Of a DNA stretch of 64,000 nucleotides, positions 27,961 through 38,955 are shown piece by piece; within the stretch, counting starts at the first letter, position 1; each line of letters begins with the position of its first letter. The position numbers were made by a program, and so were the translations under genes. The notes beneath the pieces are model-generated. The model saw only the letters and a program-made list of their open reading frames with translations, was not told the origin of the DNA and made no database searches. Origin of the DNA: Flavobacteriales bacterium (GTDB lineage: Bacteria; Bacteroidota; Bacteroidia; Palsa-965); NCBI GenBank assembly GCA_040377305.1, contig JBEIPA010000017.1, positions 1 to 64,000 on the forward strand, written 5' to 3'.

Positions 27961-30900
27961 TTATTTAATGAGCGACACGTTACCTTTTACATCGAACGGA
28001 TTACCATCTATCGTGTAACCTTTCGCTGTATACGTGAACACCGCATTTTCACACGGCACTCCACGCCACCACCCGTCCCAACCAATCAGCGGATCTGTTG
28101 TCTTGAAGACCATTTCACCCCAACGGTTGAACACTTTGAATTCCACGGTTTCAATACACTGTCCGCGAACGTAAAGCACATCGTTTTGTCCGTCACCGTT
28201 TGGTGAGAATGCACTTGGTACCCACACCTCACCGCAGAACAATTCAACGAAGATGGTGATGGTATCAAACTGTGTACATCCGAGTGAATCAGAAACTGTA
28301 AGTGTGTACGTAGTCGTTACAGTTGGAGAAGCCGTCGGGTTTGGACAGTTCGTACAACTCAAGCTTCCCGCAGGAGACCAGGTGTAGTATTGTCCGCCTG
28401 TTCCGTTGAGCTGCCACTGATCGCCTTGTATAATTGTCGTGTAAATTCCTGCGTCAGGATTCAGGTTCGTAATTCCACCAACCACTGCTGATGCAGTATA
28501 CGAACATCCCGACTGATCCGCAATTGTACAGAAGTATGTACCCGGAATCAATCCTGCAATAATTGATGACGTTGAACCATCACTCCACGAATAAGTATAC
28601 GGTGCTGTTCCACCCGTTGGTGTTGCTGTTGCTGTTCCGTCATCGCCGGCGCATCCTGCATCGGTGACTGTAATTGTATCAGCAAGACTGTTTACAAACA
28701 CCGTAACTGTATCGTAACTTAAACATCCACCAAGCACGGAAGTCGCGAGATAGTACGTTGTCGTGACGGATGGCGTGACCGTTATGGTTGGAGTCGATCC
28801 TACAGGGTTCGATCCATTCGACCAGAAGTATGTGTACCCTGAACCTGGTGGTGTCGATAATTGTACCGGACTGTTACTACATATCGTAGTATCGAGACCG
28901 GCAGCAGCAACCGGGTATGGATTTACTGTTACTGTATACGTCGTGTTAGACGAACCACACATATTCAGTGCGGACATTGTAATTGTATAACTACCAGCAG
29001 TCTGCCAGGTGATATCGATCACGTTGTTTGCTGTATCGGTGATCAATCCACCAGCTGCAGTCCAGTTGTAATATGTACCGCCTGTAAAGAATGTCTGATA
29101 AGAGTTTGTGTCATCTTCGCAAACGAAGTGTGGACCTGTTACCAATGTGCTAGGTGGTGGAATTACCACGATGATGTGTGGTGTAGACCAAGGACCAGGG
29201 CAACCGTAGCTTGTTTCCTGAACCGTACATGTGAAAGTTCCCGGACCATTGAACTGTACGTACAATGAATTCGAGTTCGCACCTGAAGGAGAGACAAATG
29301 GATTTCCACCACTGATACCTGTGAACGTCCAGAGGTAAGTCGACTGATCAGCATACACATACGGTGCGAAGAACATTGCCGCAATGTCGCCTACGCAGAA
29401 AGTATCTGTAGGAACGAATGTGTTGTAATCGTACGACGTGATTGTTGGAGGAGTTGAATTTGGTGCACCAATGGTTACACGAATCAAACTACCAAGTGAA
29501 CTGTCGGGATATGTCGAGCTGCTTGCAACTACACGCATGTAGTTCATTCCTCTTGGAATACCGTAAATCGGTAAACTGTCTTTACAAGGAACGTGAACAT
29601 TCAGCATTGTATCTCCTGTCGCTGCAACCGATCCGAGGATGCCGTTCGGTCCGATCTGAGCGAACGTCATACTGCTCTTCAGTTGTGTCTGGAAAATATT
29701 TCCCGGAGGATACGTTTGATTGGTATTGTACGAATTCACATCTACATCGATTAGTGAATCTGCTCCATTCGGATCAATTGCACAATCTGTGACGCAGAAA
29801 TCCAAATCCATGTTGTTATTCGTGGTGATGTCGCAATGCTGAATACAGAATGGACCCCAAGGCGCTCCGATCGTTGCCGGATTCGAAGACACTACACGGA
29901 TGTAGTAACCACATCCCGCAGGAACCAAAGGAACGATACCGGAAACTGTTCCCGGAGGCGAGCCCAACGCAGGATCGTAAGTTGCGCTGTTAGGAATTGA
30001 ACCGATGATTGGAGGCACTGCGGCGAACACACCATTCGAATCGGAAAGTTGTGCCGTGTACGAATTGTTTGCAGCGTAAACTCCGGTTGAGTAGAAAGGA
30101 ACATCAATAGCACTTCCTACGCAAACCGCATTCGTATCGAACGTGACGACAGGTTGCAACGTGGTAATGACATTCGGACATTGTATAATCTGGAAACAGG
30201 CCGAGGCTATTCCCGTAAAGACCGGAGGCGGTGCCGTTCGTCGTATTCGCACCCGATAACAATTACCTGGTCCGGATGACATTGGCAAGATGATCGCAAA
30301 GACGCCACTCATTTGAGGGTTATTGATGTTTGCAACCCACGTGTTAGCTGTATTGAAAATTCCGGTTGGGCCCGAAAGATCGATTGCGTAAGTACCGTCG
30401 CACAACGTATCCGTAAGGTGCCAGTAGATCAAGAGGAAACCTCCCTGACAAACCGGGTTTGGAGAAACGGAGTCAACAACAATAGTTGCAGTTCCGCTGT
30501 ATTCACCAACGATAATAATATCATCAACCGCAAATGCAATTGAATCCAGAGAAGCACCACTTTGATTTCTCCAGCGGAATCCGAAACGAAGATCATTCAC
30601 GCCCGAGAATGCCGGATCATAGATGTCCTCATACTGCCACTTGTATCTGTTGTTATACAAACCCTGGCCTACTTGAATCCATGGACCACCGTTCGCACTG
30701 TACCAAACTTCTCCGTAGGCGTTTACATCTCCCTGACACATGTAGAAGAATGAGAAGTGTACAGAATCGATTGCTTGCGTACAGATTCCAGTTGTCATGA
30801 ACGAAAACTGATCGGACGTTACCGCAGGATCGTAGTTACAGTTCGTGATTCCTGAAGGTTGATCATGAATGTGCAGGTTGTTACTGTACGGAGCGAACGA

Positions 30901-31137
30901 AATGGTTCCGCTATACGTACTGTCCTCCGGCATATTGTCATTATAGGTCGGAGCACCTACATAGTTGTTGTTCATGATCCACTGGTTCGTACCAGTTGGG
31001 GCTCCGGGACCTGCTCCGTTGAGTGTCCAGTTTCCGCTTCCAAGCTGGAAGTCGTCGGTGAACAATACCACGTTTTGCGCCTGGAGTGCGATGCCGCTTA
31101 ATACAGTAATGAATGCAGCTAGTAGAGTTTTTTTCAT
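27961..31137 (-). CDS. T9SS type B cargo paired with the downstream PorP/SprF
   Basis: Signal peptide MKKTLLAAF (ATG 31137), Ig/SprB-like repeats and the CTD VPSAFSPNGDGQND...FNRWG...GNVSLIK. Confidence 0.88.
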   Translation of the reverse strand: MKKTLLAAFITVLSGIALQAQNVVLFTDDFQLGSGNWTLNGAGPGAPTGTNQWIMNNNYVGAPTYNDNMPEDSTYSGTISFAPYSNNLHIHDQPSGITNCNYDPAVTSDQFSFMTTGICTQAIDSVHFSFFYMCQGDVNAYGEVWYSANGGPWIQVGQGLYNNRYKWQYEDIYDPAFSGVNDLRFGFRWRNQSGASLDSIAFAVDDIIIVGEYSGTATIVVDSVSPNPVCQGGFLLIYWHLTDTLCDGTYAIDLSGPTGIFNTANTWVANINNPQMSGVFAIILPMSSGPGNCYRVRIRRTAPPPVFTGIASACFQIIQCPNVITTLQPVVTFDTNAVCVGSAIDVPFYSTGVYAANNSYTAQLSDSNGVFAAVPPIIGSIPNSATYDPALGSPPGTVSGIVPLVPAGCGYYIRVVSSNPATIGAPWGPFCIQHCDITTNNNMDLDFCVTDCAIDPNGADSLIDVDVNSYNTNQTYPPGNIFQTQLKSSMTFAQIGPNGILGSVAATGDTMLNVHVPCKDSLPIYGIPRGMNYMRVVASSSTYPDSSLGSLIRVTIGAPNSTPPTITSYDYNTFVPTDTFCVGDIAAMFFAPYVYADQSTYLWTFTGISGGNPFVSPSGANSNSLYVQFNGPGTFTCTVQETSYGCPGPWSTPHIIVVIPPPSTLVTGPHFVCEDDTNSYQTFFTGGTYYNWTAAGGLITDTANNVIDITWQTAGSYTITMSALNMCGSSNTTYTVTVNPYPVAAAGLDTTICSNSPVQLSTPPGSGYTYFWSNGSNPVGSTPTITVTPSVTTTYYLATSVLGGCLSYDTVTVFVNSLADTITVTDAGCAGDDGTATATPTGGTAPYTYSWSDGSTSSIIAGLIPGTYFCTIADQSGCSYTASAVVGGITNLNPDAGIYTTIIQGDQWQLNGTGGQYYTWSPAGSLSCTNCPNPTASPTVTTTYTLTVSDSLGCTQFDTITIFVELFCGEVWVPSAFSPNGDGQNDVLYVRGQCIETVEFKVFNRWGEMVFKTTDPLIGWDGWWRGVPCENAVFTYTAKGYTIDGNPFDVKGNVSLIK

Positions 31138-31572
31138 TGGTGGTCTTTTGGGTTTGCCTATTCCAAAATGAACATCCCGAAAATTCGAGTGTTTAAAGGG
31201 GTATATGGTTTGCGTTTCTGGTATGCCAATATAGGACATTGTTGGTTATCAACCGATTGTTTCCCGCAAAAATCCGGTCTAAGTATGTACACGGAAATGC
31301 AATCTCCTAACGACATCCATAACTGGGCCCAGACACGGTTGATAGGAGCAATCCGGAAATACACATGAATATCTTTTGAGAACGCGATTTATCTTCTTGC
31401 ACTAATGTAATCCCGGGATTAAATAGGTCTATCTTCCATGAAATTATAATCATCCCATGTGCCGGATCTGTTTTTCAGCACAAACCTTCTCATACGCGTG
31501 TAGTTCTTATCATTCCGCACCCGTCCCCCCAGGGTAAAGTCTCACATTAGTTTCAGGCAGTAAACGCACACC

Positions 31573-32037
31573 ATGCCGATCATAGGACAACTCCCTCACC
31601 TTTCCATTCTATTAGCCGACGACGATCTCGATGACCGGTATTTCTTTTTAAAGGCACTAAAAGAACTAGATATCAGTGTACGATTTAACACGGTTGAAGA
31701 TGGAGAAAAGCTAATCGTTTACCTCTTGAAAAATTCGGAAACGCTACCTGATGTTTTGTTTCTGGATTTAAATATGCCGAGAAAAAGCGGAGTTGAGTGT
31801 CTGGAAGAAATCAAGGCGAATCCAACGTTAAAGTCGCTTCCCGTGGTTATTTATTCCACTTCGCTCTATGATGATGTTTCAGAACATCTTTACGAATTGG
31901 GGGCTCACTATTATGTTCGGAAGACTGATTTTACAGAGCTAAAACTGGTCATCAAACAAGTGCTCCACATGCTCGTTGATAATAAATTTAAGCGACCGTT
32001 GGTTAGTGGATTTATTGTCACCCCTGCGATTTTGTAG
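31573..32037 (+). CDS. Single-domain response regulator (Rcp-like)
   Basis: LADDD, FLDLNMP, IYSTS and YVRK. Confidence 0.92.
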   Translation: MPIIGQLPHLSILLADDDLDDRYFFLKALKELDISVRFNTVEDGEKLIVYLLKNSETLPDVLFLDLNMPRKSGVECLEEIKANPTLKSLPVVIYSTSLYDDVSEHLYELGAHYYVRKTDFTELKLVIKQVLHMLVDNKFKRPLVSGFIVTPAIL

Positions 32038-32094
32038 TCAGCGACCCCAGTTTTAACCACTGGATATTCCAAAATCAAAAGGAAAAATCAGTAA

Positions 32095-35000
32095 ATGAAG
32101 AACAAGTCCGCACTCCCGAAGAAAAAAAAGTCTACTCCTGCAGAGAAAAAACTGACGCAGCCTATTGAAAGGATAGTTGCAATTGGCGCCTCCGCTGGCG
32201 GTCTCGAAGCCGTTTCGACTTTATTAAAATACTTACCGCCAGACACGGGACTCTCTTTCATTTATATACAGCATTTAAGTCCGGATCATCCGAGCAACCT
32301 GGTGACCTTGCTTTCCCGGTCTACCAAGATGATGGTTCAGGAAGCAAAAGACAATCTCCGCGTAGAGCGCAATCACGTATACGTGTGCACCCCTAATCAT
32401 GAAATGACCTTAGCCAGAGGGATTATTAAATTAAAGCCAAGGGCCAGAGGAGTGCTTCCCTATTTGCCGATCGATGATTTTTTTAAATCGTTGGTGAAAA
32501 CGTATAAAAAAGATACGCTAGGGATAGTTCTATCGGGCAACGCGACGGATGGTACGGAAGGTTTGCTCGCGATCAAAAATGCAGGAGGCATTACATTCGC
32601 ACAGGATATTTCTGCGAAGTACGACAGCATGCCCAAGTCTGCGATTGATAGCAACGCTGCAACCTTCGTTATGTCGCCCAAGCAGATTGCGAGACAAATT
32701 GTGACATTAAGCAAGAACGGATTCAAGAATCCAACGGTTAATTCCGACACTGAAATAAGCATACCAGACGATAGCGTCGATCTGAAGAAGCTGTTTTCAT
32801 TGATGTATAAATCGACAGGAGTAGATTTCAGTTATTATAAACTGGCTGCTCTGAAACGTCGACTGAATTACCGGATGTTGCATTCCGGTGTCGATTCACT
32901 GCATACATATACTCAGTTGTTAAGTGAAAAAAACGACGAGACAAGTTTATTGTTCAAAGACCTTCTGATTAATGTAACCAGCTTTTTCAGGGACCCGAAA
33001 GCATTTCGTTATCTCAAGAGTACATTCTTCCCTAAACTGCTGAAAAGCAAAGGTCAGGGTGAGCCTTTACGAATTTGGGTCGCGGCTTGTTCAACCGGTG
33101 AGGAAGTATATTCCATTGCCATGATCCTTGAGGAGCTACGCACTACGCTCAAGGGTAAAATTGCAGTCAAGATTTTTGCTTCCGATCTGAGTGAACAGGC
33201 GATTCACGTTGCCCGTATTGGTGAATACTCGAAGCAGAATCTTAAACAGGTTTCAAAAACCAGACTGAAAAGGTTTTTTACTCCATCCGGCGAGGGCTAT
33301 CGCGTGAATAAAGACCTCCGGGAAATGTGCGTATTCGCACCACATAATATTCTCAGTGATCCACCCTTTTCCCGGATCGATTTTGTAAGCTGTTGCAATC
33401 TGTTAATCTATTTTGATGCCGTTGCTCAGAAAAAAGCGCTTGCAACAATGAGCTTTGCACTCAATGATGGCGGATACCTGATGCTGGGCAAGTCGGAGTC
33501 AATCGGTAGTTCATCTCTTCTGTTTACTCAAGTCGATAGCAGTGCAAAGATCTATTCGCGCAAACATACTGTGGGTGTGCGCAAAATTCCGTTACTGATG
33601 AATCGGTTGCCCGGAACTTTATTGCCTAAGGAAGGCGTAAAGTCTTTACGACGGAAACCCACGCGTGATGAAGCCAACGATCTTGATCGTGTTATTGACA
33701 AACTTCTTTTGGATAAACACATGCCTGCATGTGCTATCATCAATAAGGATCTGGATATACTGAAGTTCAGAGGTTCGACATCTCTCTTTCTTACACATGG
33801 GTCGGGAAATGCGAGCCTGAATATTCTGAAGATGACCCGGCCCGAATTTGCTTTTGAACTCAGAAATGCAATTCATAAGGCGTTCAACACACAGCAGGCC
33901 ATTACTAAAACTGAGATTGAAATAAAAATTGGTTCTACGCTGAGGATTGTGTCACTTGAAGTTTCAGCACTTAAGACCGCCTGGGAAGAACCTTTGCTGG
34001 CTGTTGTTTTTAAGCTGCACGACAAAAAAGAACTGCGTTTGAACGCTTCATCGGGTAAGCAAGATAATTCGGATCAAAAAGTTCAGAAAATTAAAAAGCT
34101 GGCGCAGGAGTTGGTGACGACCCGTGCCGAAATGAATTCGGTTATTGAAATACAGGAGAGAGCTTTTGAAGAACTGCAGGCAGCGAATGAAGAAATTGTT
34201 TCCACTAATGAAGAGTTTCAAACGCTGAATGAAGAACTCGAAACATCCAAAGAGGAAATTGAAGCAACGAATGAAGAGTTGATTTCAACCAATCATGAGT
34301 TGCAAATGCGCAATGATCTTCTGACAGAATCGTATAAGTATTCGGAAGCCATTATCGCAACAATTCACGAGCCGTTGATCATTCTCGACAGTAATTTTCG
34401 CGTGCGTTCTGCCAGCAAAGCGTATTACACGAAATTCCTGACAACGAAAGAGGAAACTGAAGGCCAGCTTTTGTTTGAAATAGGCAACAAGCAATGGGAC
34501 CGTGTGCAACTACGCCGTTTGCTTGCAAGTACAGTTTCTAAAAATGCTGAATTCAGTAGTCTGGAAATAAGGCGCCACTTTAATGGAATTGGCGAAAAAA
34601 TACTTTTACTGAACGCACATCGGATCGTGCAGAAAACGCATGGAGAACAACTCATCCTTCTCGCAATAGAAGACATCACTGAACGAACGCATCTGCATCT
34701 CAAGGAAAAGGAAACCATGCAGAATGACATTAATCTTCACAAAGAAGACAACGTTGAACTCGAAAAAGCAGTTAAACGACGAACGAGGCAGCTGGAACTA
34801 AAAAATATTGAGTTGATTGAGGCTAACAAGGATTTGACTTCATTCACCTTCATATCGAGCCACGACTTGCAGGAACCACTTCGCAAAATCAAAAATTTTG
34901 TATCTGTCCTTATTGAAGAAGAAAAGAAAAAATTATCTCCGGACGGACGAGACTATTTACAGCGGACGTACGAAACGGCCAATCGGATGCAAACGCTACT

Positions 35001-35580
35001 TGAAGATCTATTGTTGTATTCACGCACCAAAAATCAACAGCGCCGGTTCGAAAGCACCGATCTGAATCAAGTCTTACGGGAAGTTGAACTCGAACACAAA
35101 GAGGAATTATCTGCCAAAAAAGCCGTGATTAAATCGAGTAAACTTCATCCGCTAAATGTCATCCGATTCCAGTTCCGGCAACTGTTCCATAATCTGATCA
35201 GCAATTCACTGAAATTTGCCAAGCCTAATATTCCGGCGCGAATATCAATCAAAAGTTCAATTGTTTCCGGAAGCAAACTCAATCTGCAAAAACGTTCCGT
35301 TGGCACTAATAAACTATTTCCTAAAATAGATTACTGCCACATCGCCTATACGGATAATGGAATTGGTTTCGATCCATACTATAACGAACGCATCTTCAAT
35401 GTATTTCAACGTCTGCACAGTCAGGATGAGTATCAGGGGACGGGAATGGGATTGGCTATTTGCCAGCGAATTGTAGAAATTCATAAAGGTGTGATTACTG
35501 CACAAGGCAAAATCAACCACGGCGTGAAGTTTGACATTTACATACCGTTTGTAAAACCTGAAGGTTTTGGTTCAACTTAA
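32095..35580 (+). CDS. CheB-CheR-PAS-histidine kinase fusion
   Basis: CheB GASAGG/QHL/DG, CheR RIWVAACSTGEEVYS, coiled coil EELQAANEE, HisKA SHDLQEPLRKI and HATPase DNGIG/GTGMGL. Confidence 0.92.
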   Translation: MKNKSALPKKKKSTPAEKKLTQPIERIVAIGASAGGLEAVSTLLKYLPPDTGLSFIYIQHLSPDHPSNLVTLLSRSTKMMVQEAKDNLRVERNHVYVCTPNHEMTLARGIIKLKPRARGVLPYLPIDDFFKSLVKTYKKDTLGIVLSGNATDGTEGLLAIKNAGGITFAQDISAKYDSMPKSAIDSNAATFVMSPKQIARQIVTLSKNGFKNPTVNSDTEISIPDDSVDLKKLFSLMYKSTGVDFSYYKLAALKRRLNYRMLHSGVDSLHTYTQLLSEKNDETSLLFKDLLINVTSFFRDPKAFRYLKSTFFPKLLKSKGQGEPLRIWVAACSTGEEVYSIAMILEELRTTLKGKIAVKIFASDLSEQAIHVARIGEYSKQNLKQVSKTRLKRFFTPSGEGYRVNKDLREMCVFAPHNILSDPPFSRIDFVSCCNLLIYFDAVAQKKALATMSFALNDGGYLMLGKSESIGSSSLLFTQVDSSAKIYSRKHTVGVRKIPLLMNRLPGTLLPKEGVKSLRRKPTRDEANDLDRVIDKLLLDKHMPACAIINKDLDILKFRGSTSLFLTHGSGNASLNILKMTRPEFAFELRNAIHKAFNTQQAITKTEIEIKIGSTLRIVSLEVSALKTAWEEPLLAVVFKLHDKKELRLNASSGKQDNSDQKVQKIKKLAQELVTTRAEMNSVIEIQERAFEELQAANEEIVSTNEEFQTLNEELETSKEEIEATNEELISTNHELQMRNDLLTESYKYSEAIIATIHEPLIILDSNFRVRSASKAYYTKFLTTKEETEGQLLFEIGNKQWDRVQLRRLLASTVSKNAEFSSLEIRRHFNGIGEKILLLNAHRIVQKTHGEQLILLAIEDITERTHLHLKEKETMQNDINLHKEDNVELEKAVKRRTRQLELKNIELIEANKDLTSFTFISSHDLQEPLRKIKNFVSVLIEEEKKKLSPDGRDYLQRTYETANRMQTLLEDLLLYSRTKNQQRRFESTDLNQVLREVELEHKEELSAKKAVIKSSKLHPLNVIRFQFRQLFHNLISNSLKFAKPNIPARISIKSSIVSGSKLNLQKRSVGTNKLFPKIDYCHIAYTDNGIGFDPYYNERIFNVFQRLHSQDEYQGTGMGLAICQRIVEIHKGVITAQGKINHGVKFDIYIPFVKPEGFGST

Positions 35581-35635
35581 GCAAGGCCGGTGCGCGTTGC
35601 ATCGTTGAACTGAGAACATTTTGTATCTTTTCACC

Positions 35636-36373
35636 ATGCGTTTTCTTCCTCTACTCCTATTACTGATCCTGCCGGGAATTCTTTCTGGCCAGAACAAAAA
35701 GCAAAAAAAGCTTTATACGTCTTATATAACCAGTGGCGATTCAGCATTCAACGCGAAGAATTATGCCTTTGCTAAGGATAAATACAAACTGGCGTCGGCA
35801 ATCAAACCCAAAGAAGGATATCCAACCGACCGAATTGGAATGTGCGATAAGTTGGCCATCACACAGGGTGTTGAATACAAAAAATGGATTCTGAAAGGCG
35901 ACTCTGCGTTCATGAAGCAGAATTGGAATGACGCAAAAACGTATTACCTCAAGGCAGTCGAGGCAAAACCATTTGAACAGTACGCTAACGACCAGGCGAA
36001 AAATTGCAACTACCAGATTGTAGCGAAGCAGGCCATGGAAGATTTGTACAAGGATCAGATCAGAAAGGCCGATTCCTGTTTCACTGCGAAAAGCTGGTCG
36101 TGTGCGAAAGCGAATTACGAAGCTGCCGCCCGTACAAAACCTGAACTTCAGTATGCGAAAACGCGTGCCTCCGAGTGCGATAAGAAAATTGCGCCTGCGG
36201 TCGATAAAGAACGTTACGACATTACGATTTCAGATGCCGACCGTCAATATGATGCTGGAAATTTCGCACGCGCAAAAGAACTTTACACAGAAGCGTTGGC
36301 TTTTAATCCAGGCGCGAAGTATGCTACAGATCGAATTGCACTTTGTGATCAGAAGTTGAACGCTCCTAAATAG
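35636..36373 (+). CDS. Exported TPR-like repeat protein
   Basis: Signal peptide and four repeats of the form Y...I..(G/A)D..F.......AK..Y..A....P...Y......C. Confidence 0.75.
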   Translation: MRFLPLLLLLILPGILSGQNKKQKKLYTSYITSGDSAFNAKNYAFAKDKYKLASAIKPKEGYPTDRIGMCDKLAITQGVEYKKWILKGDSAFMKQNWNDAKTYYLKAVEAKPFEQYANDQAKNCNYQIVAKQAMEDLYKDQIRKADSCFTAKSWSCAKANYEAAARTKPELQYAKTRASECDKKIAPAVDKERYDITISDADRQYDAGNFARAKELYTEALAFNPGAKYATDRIALCDQKLNAPK

Positions 36374-36406
36374 ATAGGAGTTGGCAGATGGGAGTCGGGT
36401 GCTTCA

Positions 36407-36466
36407 AACTTTTCCAATGTTGGACGATGGTGTGGAGTTGAATCCTCGGCAAACTTTGGAAAAGTT
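36407..36466. repeat. Intergenic inverted repeat between convergent genes
   Basis: AACTTTTCCAA (36407) and TTGGAAAAGTT (36456-36466). Confidence 0.65.
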
Positions 36467-36481
36467 AGACCAGAATCCCGA

Positions 36482-38950
36482 CTAGTTGGGATCTACGTCA
36501 ATCACAACGCGCAGTTTCTTAAAGTCGACGTGCACTTTGAATTCGGCAATGTAACGCGCGATAACTTCTTTCATCTTTCCTGAATTGCCTTCGCGCTCCA
36601 GTTTTATCAGAATATTCTTGTGATACTCATCCCGGATTCTTGCAACCGAAGGATATTCCGGACCCAGAATTCGTGCTCCCATGCTCAGTCGTAACTGTTG
36701 TGCGAGGTGATGTGCGCCCATGTCAACAATCGTCGCGTCTTTTCCGCGAATTGTAATTTTTATGAGGCGGTGAAAAGGCGGATAATGAAATTCCATTCTA
36801 TCCGCAAGTTCTGCGTAATAGACCGCGTGATAATCGTTCCTCACCACACACTCAATCACAAAATGCATTGGATTGAACGTCTGTACAACTACTTCGCCTT
36901 GTTTCTCCCTTCTTCCTGCGCGACCTGCAACCTGCGCCATCAGCTGGTACGCGCGTTCATGTGCCCGGAAGTCGGGATAATTCAGAACCTGGTCGGCACT
37001 GAGAATTCCTACGAGTGCTACATTTCCGAAATCCAAACCTTTGGTCACCATTTGTGTTCCGACAAGAATGTTGGTCTTTCCGGTTTCGAAATCGTTGATG
37101 ATCGTTTGCAAGCTGAACTTTCCTCGCGTCGTATCCAAATCCATACGCGCCACTTTCGCTTCCGGAAAAATAATTCCGATTTCCTCTTCAATCTTTTCCG
37201 TCCCGAAACCTTTCAGCTTGAGATCGGTCATGCCGCACGCTTCGCATTGTGAAGGAGTATCTGTACCGTAACCACAAATGTGACATTTCAACTGATTGGA
37301 ATGTTTGTGGTACGTTAATGAAACATCACAACGAACACAATGCGGAACGTGACCACACGACTGGCATTCTATACTCGGAGCAAATCCGCGACGGTTCTGA
37401 AAAAGAATAATTTGTTCGCCTTTCTCCAGCACAGCATTAATTTTTTCAACAAGCAGTGGTGAAAAATGCGACTTCATCAATTTCTTCTTGGTCGCTTCCT
37501 TCACATCGGTAATTGTGATTTCCGGAAGTACAGCACCACCGAATCGTTCATGGATTTCTGCAAGTCCATACAAATTGTGCTTCGCCAGAAAATAACTTTC
37601 CACGGAAGGTGTTGCAGAACCCAAAAGCGTTTTCGCACCGTACAGCTTCGCCAGCCAGATTGCACTTTCACGTGCATTGTAACGTGGAGCCGGATCCATC
37701 TGCTTGAATGAAGGATCGTGTTCTTCATCAATAATTACCAATCCGAGATTCTGATACGGAAGAAAAATTGCAGAACGTGCACCAATCACAATACATGGCT
37801 CCGCCTTGTGAACTTCACGCCACACTTCTACTCTTTCCTCTTCGTTGAAACGCGAGTGATAAACCAAAACAGATTCTCCGAAGTGCTTTCGCAAACGGAC
37901 AATCAACTGTGTAGTCAACGCAATTTCCGGAAGTAAATACAGAACCTGTTTGTTGTTCTGTATCTGCTCACGAATCAGCTTCGTGTAAATTTCGGTTTTG
38001 CCGCTCGATGTTACACCGTGAAGCAACACCACATTTTTATCTTCAAAATGCTTTCGAATAGTATTGTAAGCATTCAATTGGTGTTCGCTCAATTCTGCGT
38101 CCGTTTGCTTCGAAGCTTTCCGGTCAAGCCGTGAGACTTCCACTTCCTCCTGCACCAATGCGCCACGCTTGATTAGTCCGCTGATTCCGGATGTTTCATC
38201 CTTGCAAGCTTTGATCAGCGCTGCACGACTCACAGGAGTCTCCTTGCCCGTGTAACGTCCGTTGATATGCAGAAATGTCAGTAACACTTCGACTTGCTTA
38301 AACGCTCGTTTCTCCAGCACTGCGAAAAGTTCTTTGAGCTTCTCTTCGTTCTGGTACTCATCGCCAAGCCGAACGAATGTTTCAAATTTCGGACGATACC
38401 GTTGCTTGATTTCTTCAAAGATTGCAAGCACGTCAGCATCAATCAATTTTCTGATTAACGGCATGATGGTTTTGCGCCCAAGTACTTCCGAAATTTCATC
38501 GAGATTCAAAACGTTACGCACTTCAACGGCTTCCACCAGTGCATGGGTTTCCTCATCGAAATGATCGCGCATTCCATCCCAGGTAGGACTCAGAATTATT
38601 TTTGTCTCGCTGGACAAACGCAATCCAACAGGGACTGCAGCCGACATCACTTCGCCACGCGTACACATGTAGTACTGCGACATCCACTCCCAGAACTTCA
38701 GCTGTGTTTCGGTCACTTCCGCATGATCATCCAAAACGCCTTCAATAAACTTTGCAGCGTATTTCGGAACTTCTGTATGCAAACGGGAAACAATTGCGGA
38801 GTAAAGCTTGTTCCTTCCGAACTGAACAATGACACGAAAACCAACGTCGACACTACCATTGAATTCTTGCGGAACGCGGTACGTGTATAGATTCGGAAGC
38901 GCGAGTGGAAGGATTACATCCACAAAATAATCTACGCGCTGATCAGCCAT
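36482..38950 (-). CDS. priA: Primosomal protein N'
   Basis: GVTSSGKTE, LPEIALT, DEEHD, NRRG, four CxxC pairs and GTQMVTKGLDF. Confidence 0.97.
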   Translation of the reverse strand: MADQRVDYFVDVILPLALPNLYTYRVPQEFNGSVDVGFRVIVQFGRNKLYSAIVSRLHTEVPKYAAKFIEGVLDDHAEVTETQLKFWEWMSQYYMCTRGEVMSAAVPVGLRLSSETKIILSPTWDGMRDHFDEETHALVEAVEVRNVLNLDEISEVLGRKTIMPLIRKLIDADVLAIFEEIKQRYRPKFETFVRLGDEYQNEEKLKELFAVLEKRAFKQVEVLLTFLHINGRYTGKETPVSRAALIKACKDETSGISGLIKRGALVQEEVEVSRLDRKASKQTDAELSEHQLNAYNTIRKHFEDKNVVLLHGVTSSGKTEIYTKLIREQIQNNKQVLYLLPEIALTTQLIVRLRKHFGESVLVYHSRFNEEERVEVWREVHKAEPCIVIGARSAIFLPYQNLGLVIIDEEHDPSFKQMDPAPRYNARESAIWLAKLYGAKTLLGSATPSVESYFLAKHNLYGLAEIHERFGGAVLPEITITDVKEATKKKLMKSHFSPLLVEKINAVLEKGEQIILFQNRRGFAPSIECQSCGHVPHCVRCDVSLTYHKHSNQLKCHICGYGTDTPSQCEACGMTDLKLKGFGTEKIEEEIGIIFPEAKVARMDLDTTRGKFSLQTIINDFETGKTNILVGTQMVTKGLDFGNVALVGILSADQVLNYPDFRAHERAYQLMAQVAGRAGRREKQGEVVVQTFNPMHFVIECVVRNDYHAVYYAELADRMEFHYPPFHRLIKITIRGKDATIVDMGAHHLAQQLRLSMGARILGPEYPSVARIRDEYHKNILIKLEREGNSGKMKEVIARYIAEFKVHVDFKKLRVVIDVDPN

Positions 38951-38955
38951 GGCAA

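Noticed and set aside
31138-31239. N-terminal extensions in the ORF track (also 26277-26378, 11591-11629, 18924-18968, 46168-46197)
   Set aside because: Downstream ATGs give proper signal peptides or family-typical N-termini, and some extensions overlap promoter elements.
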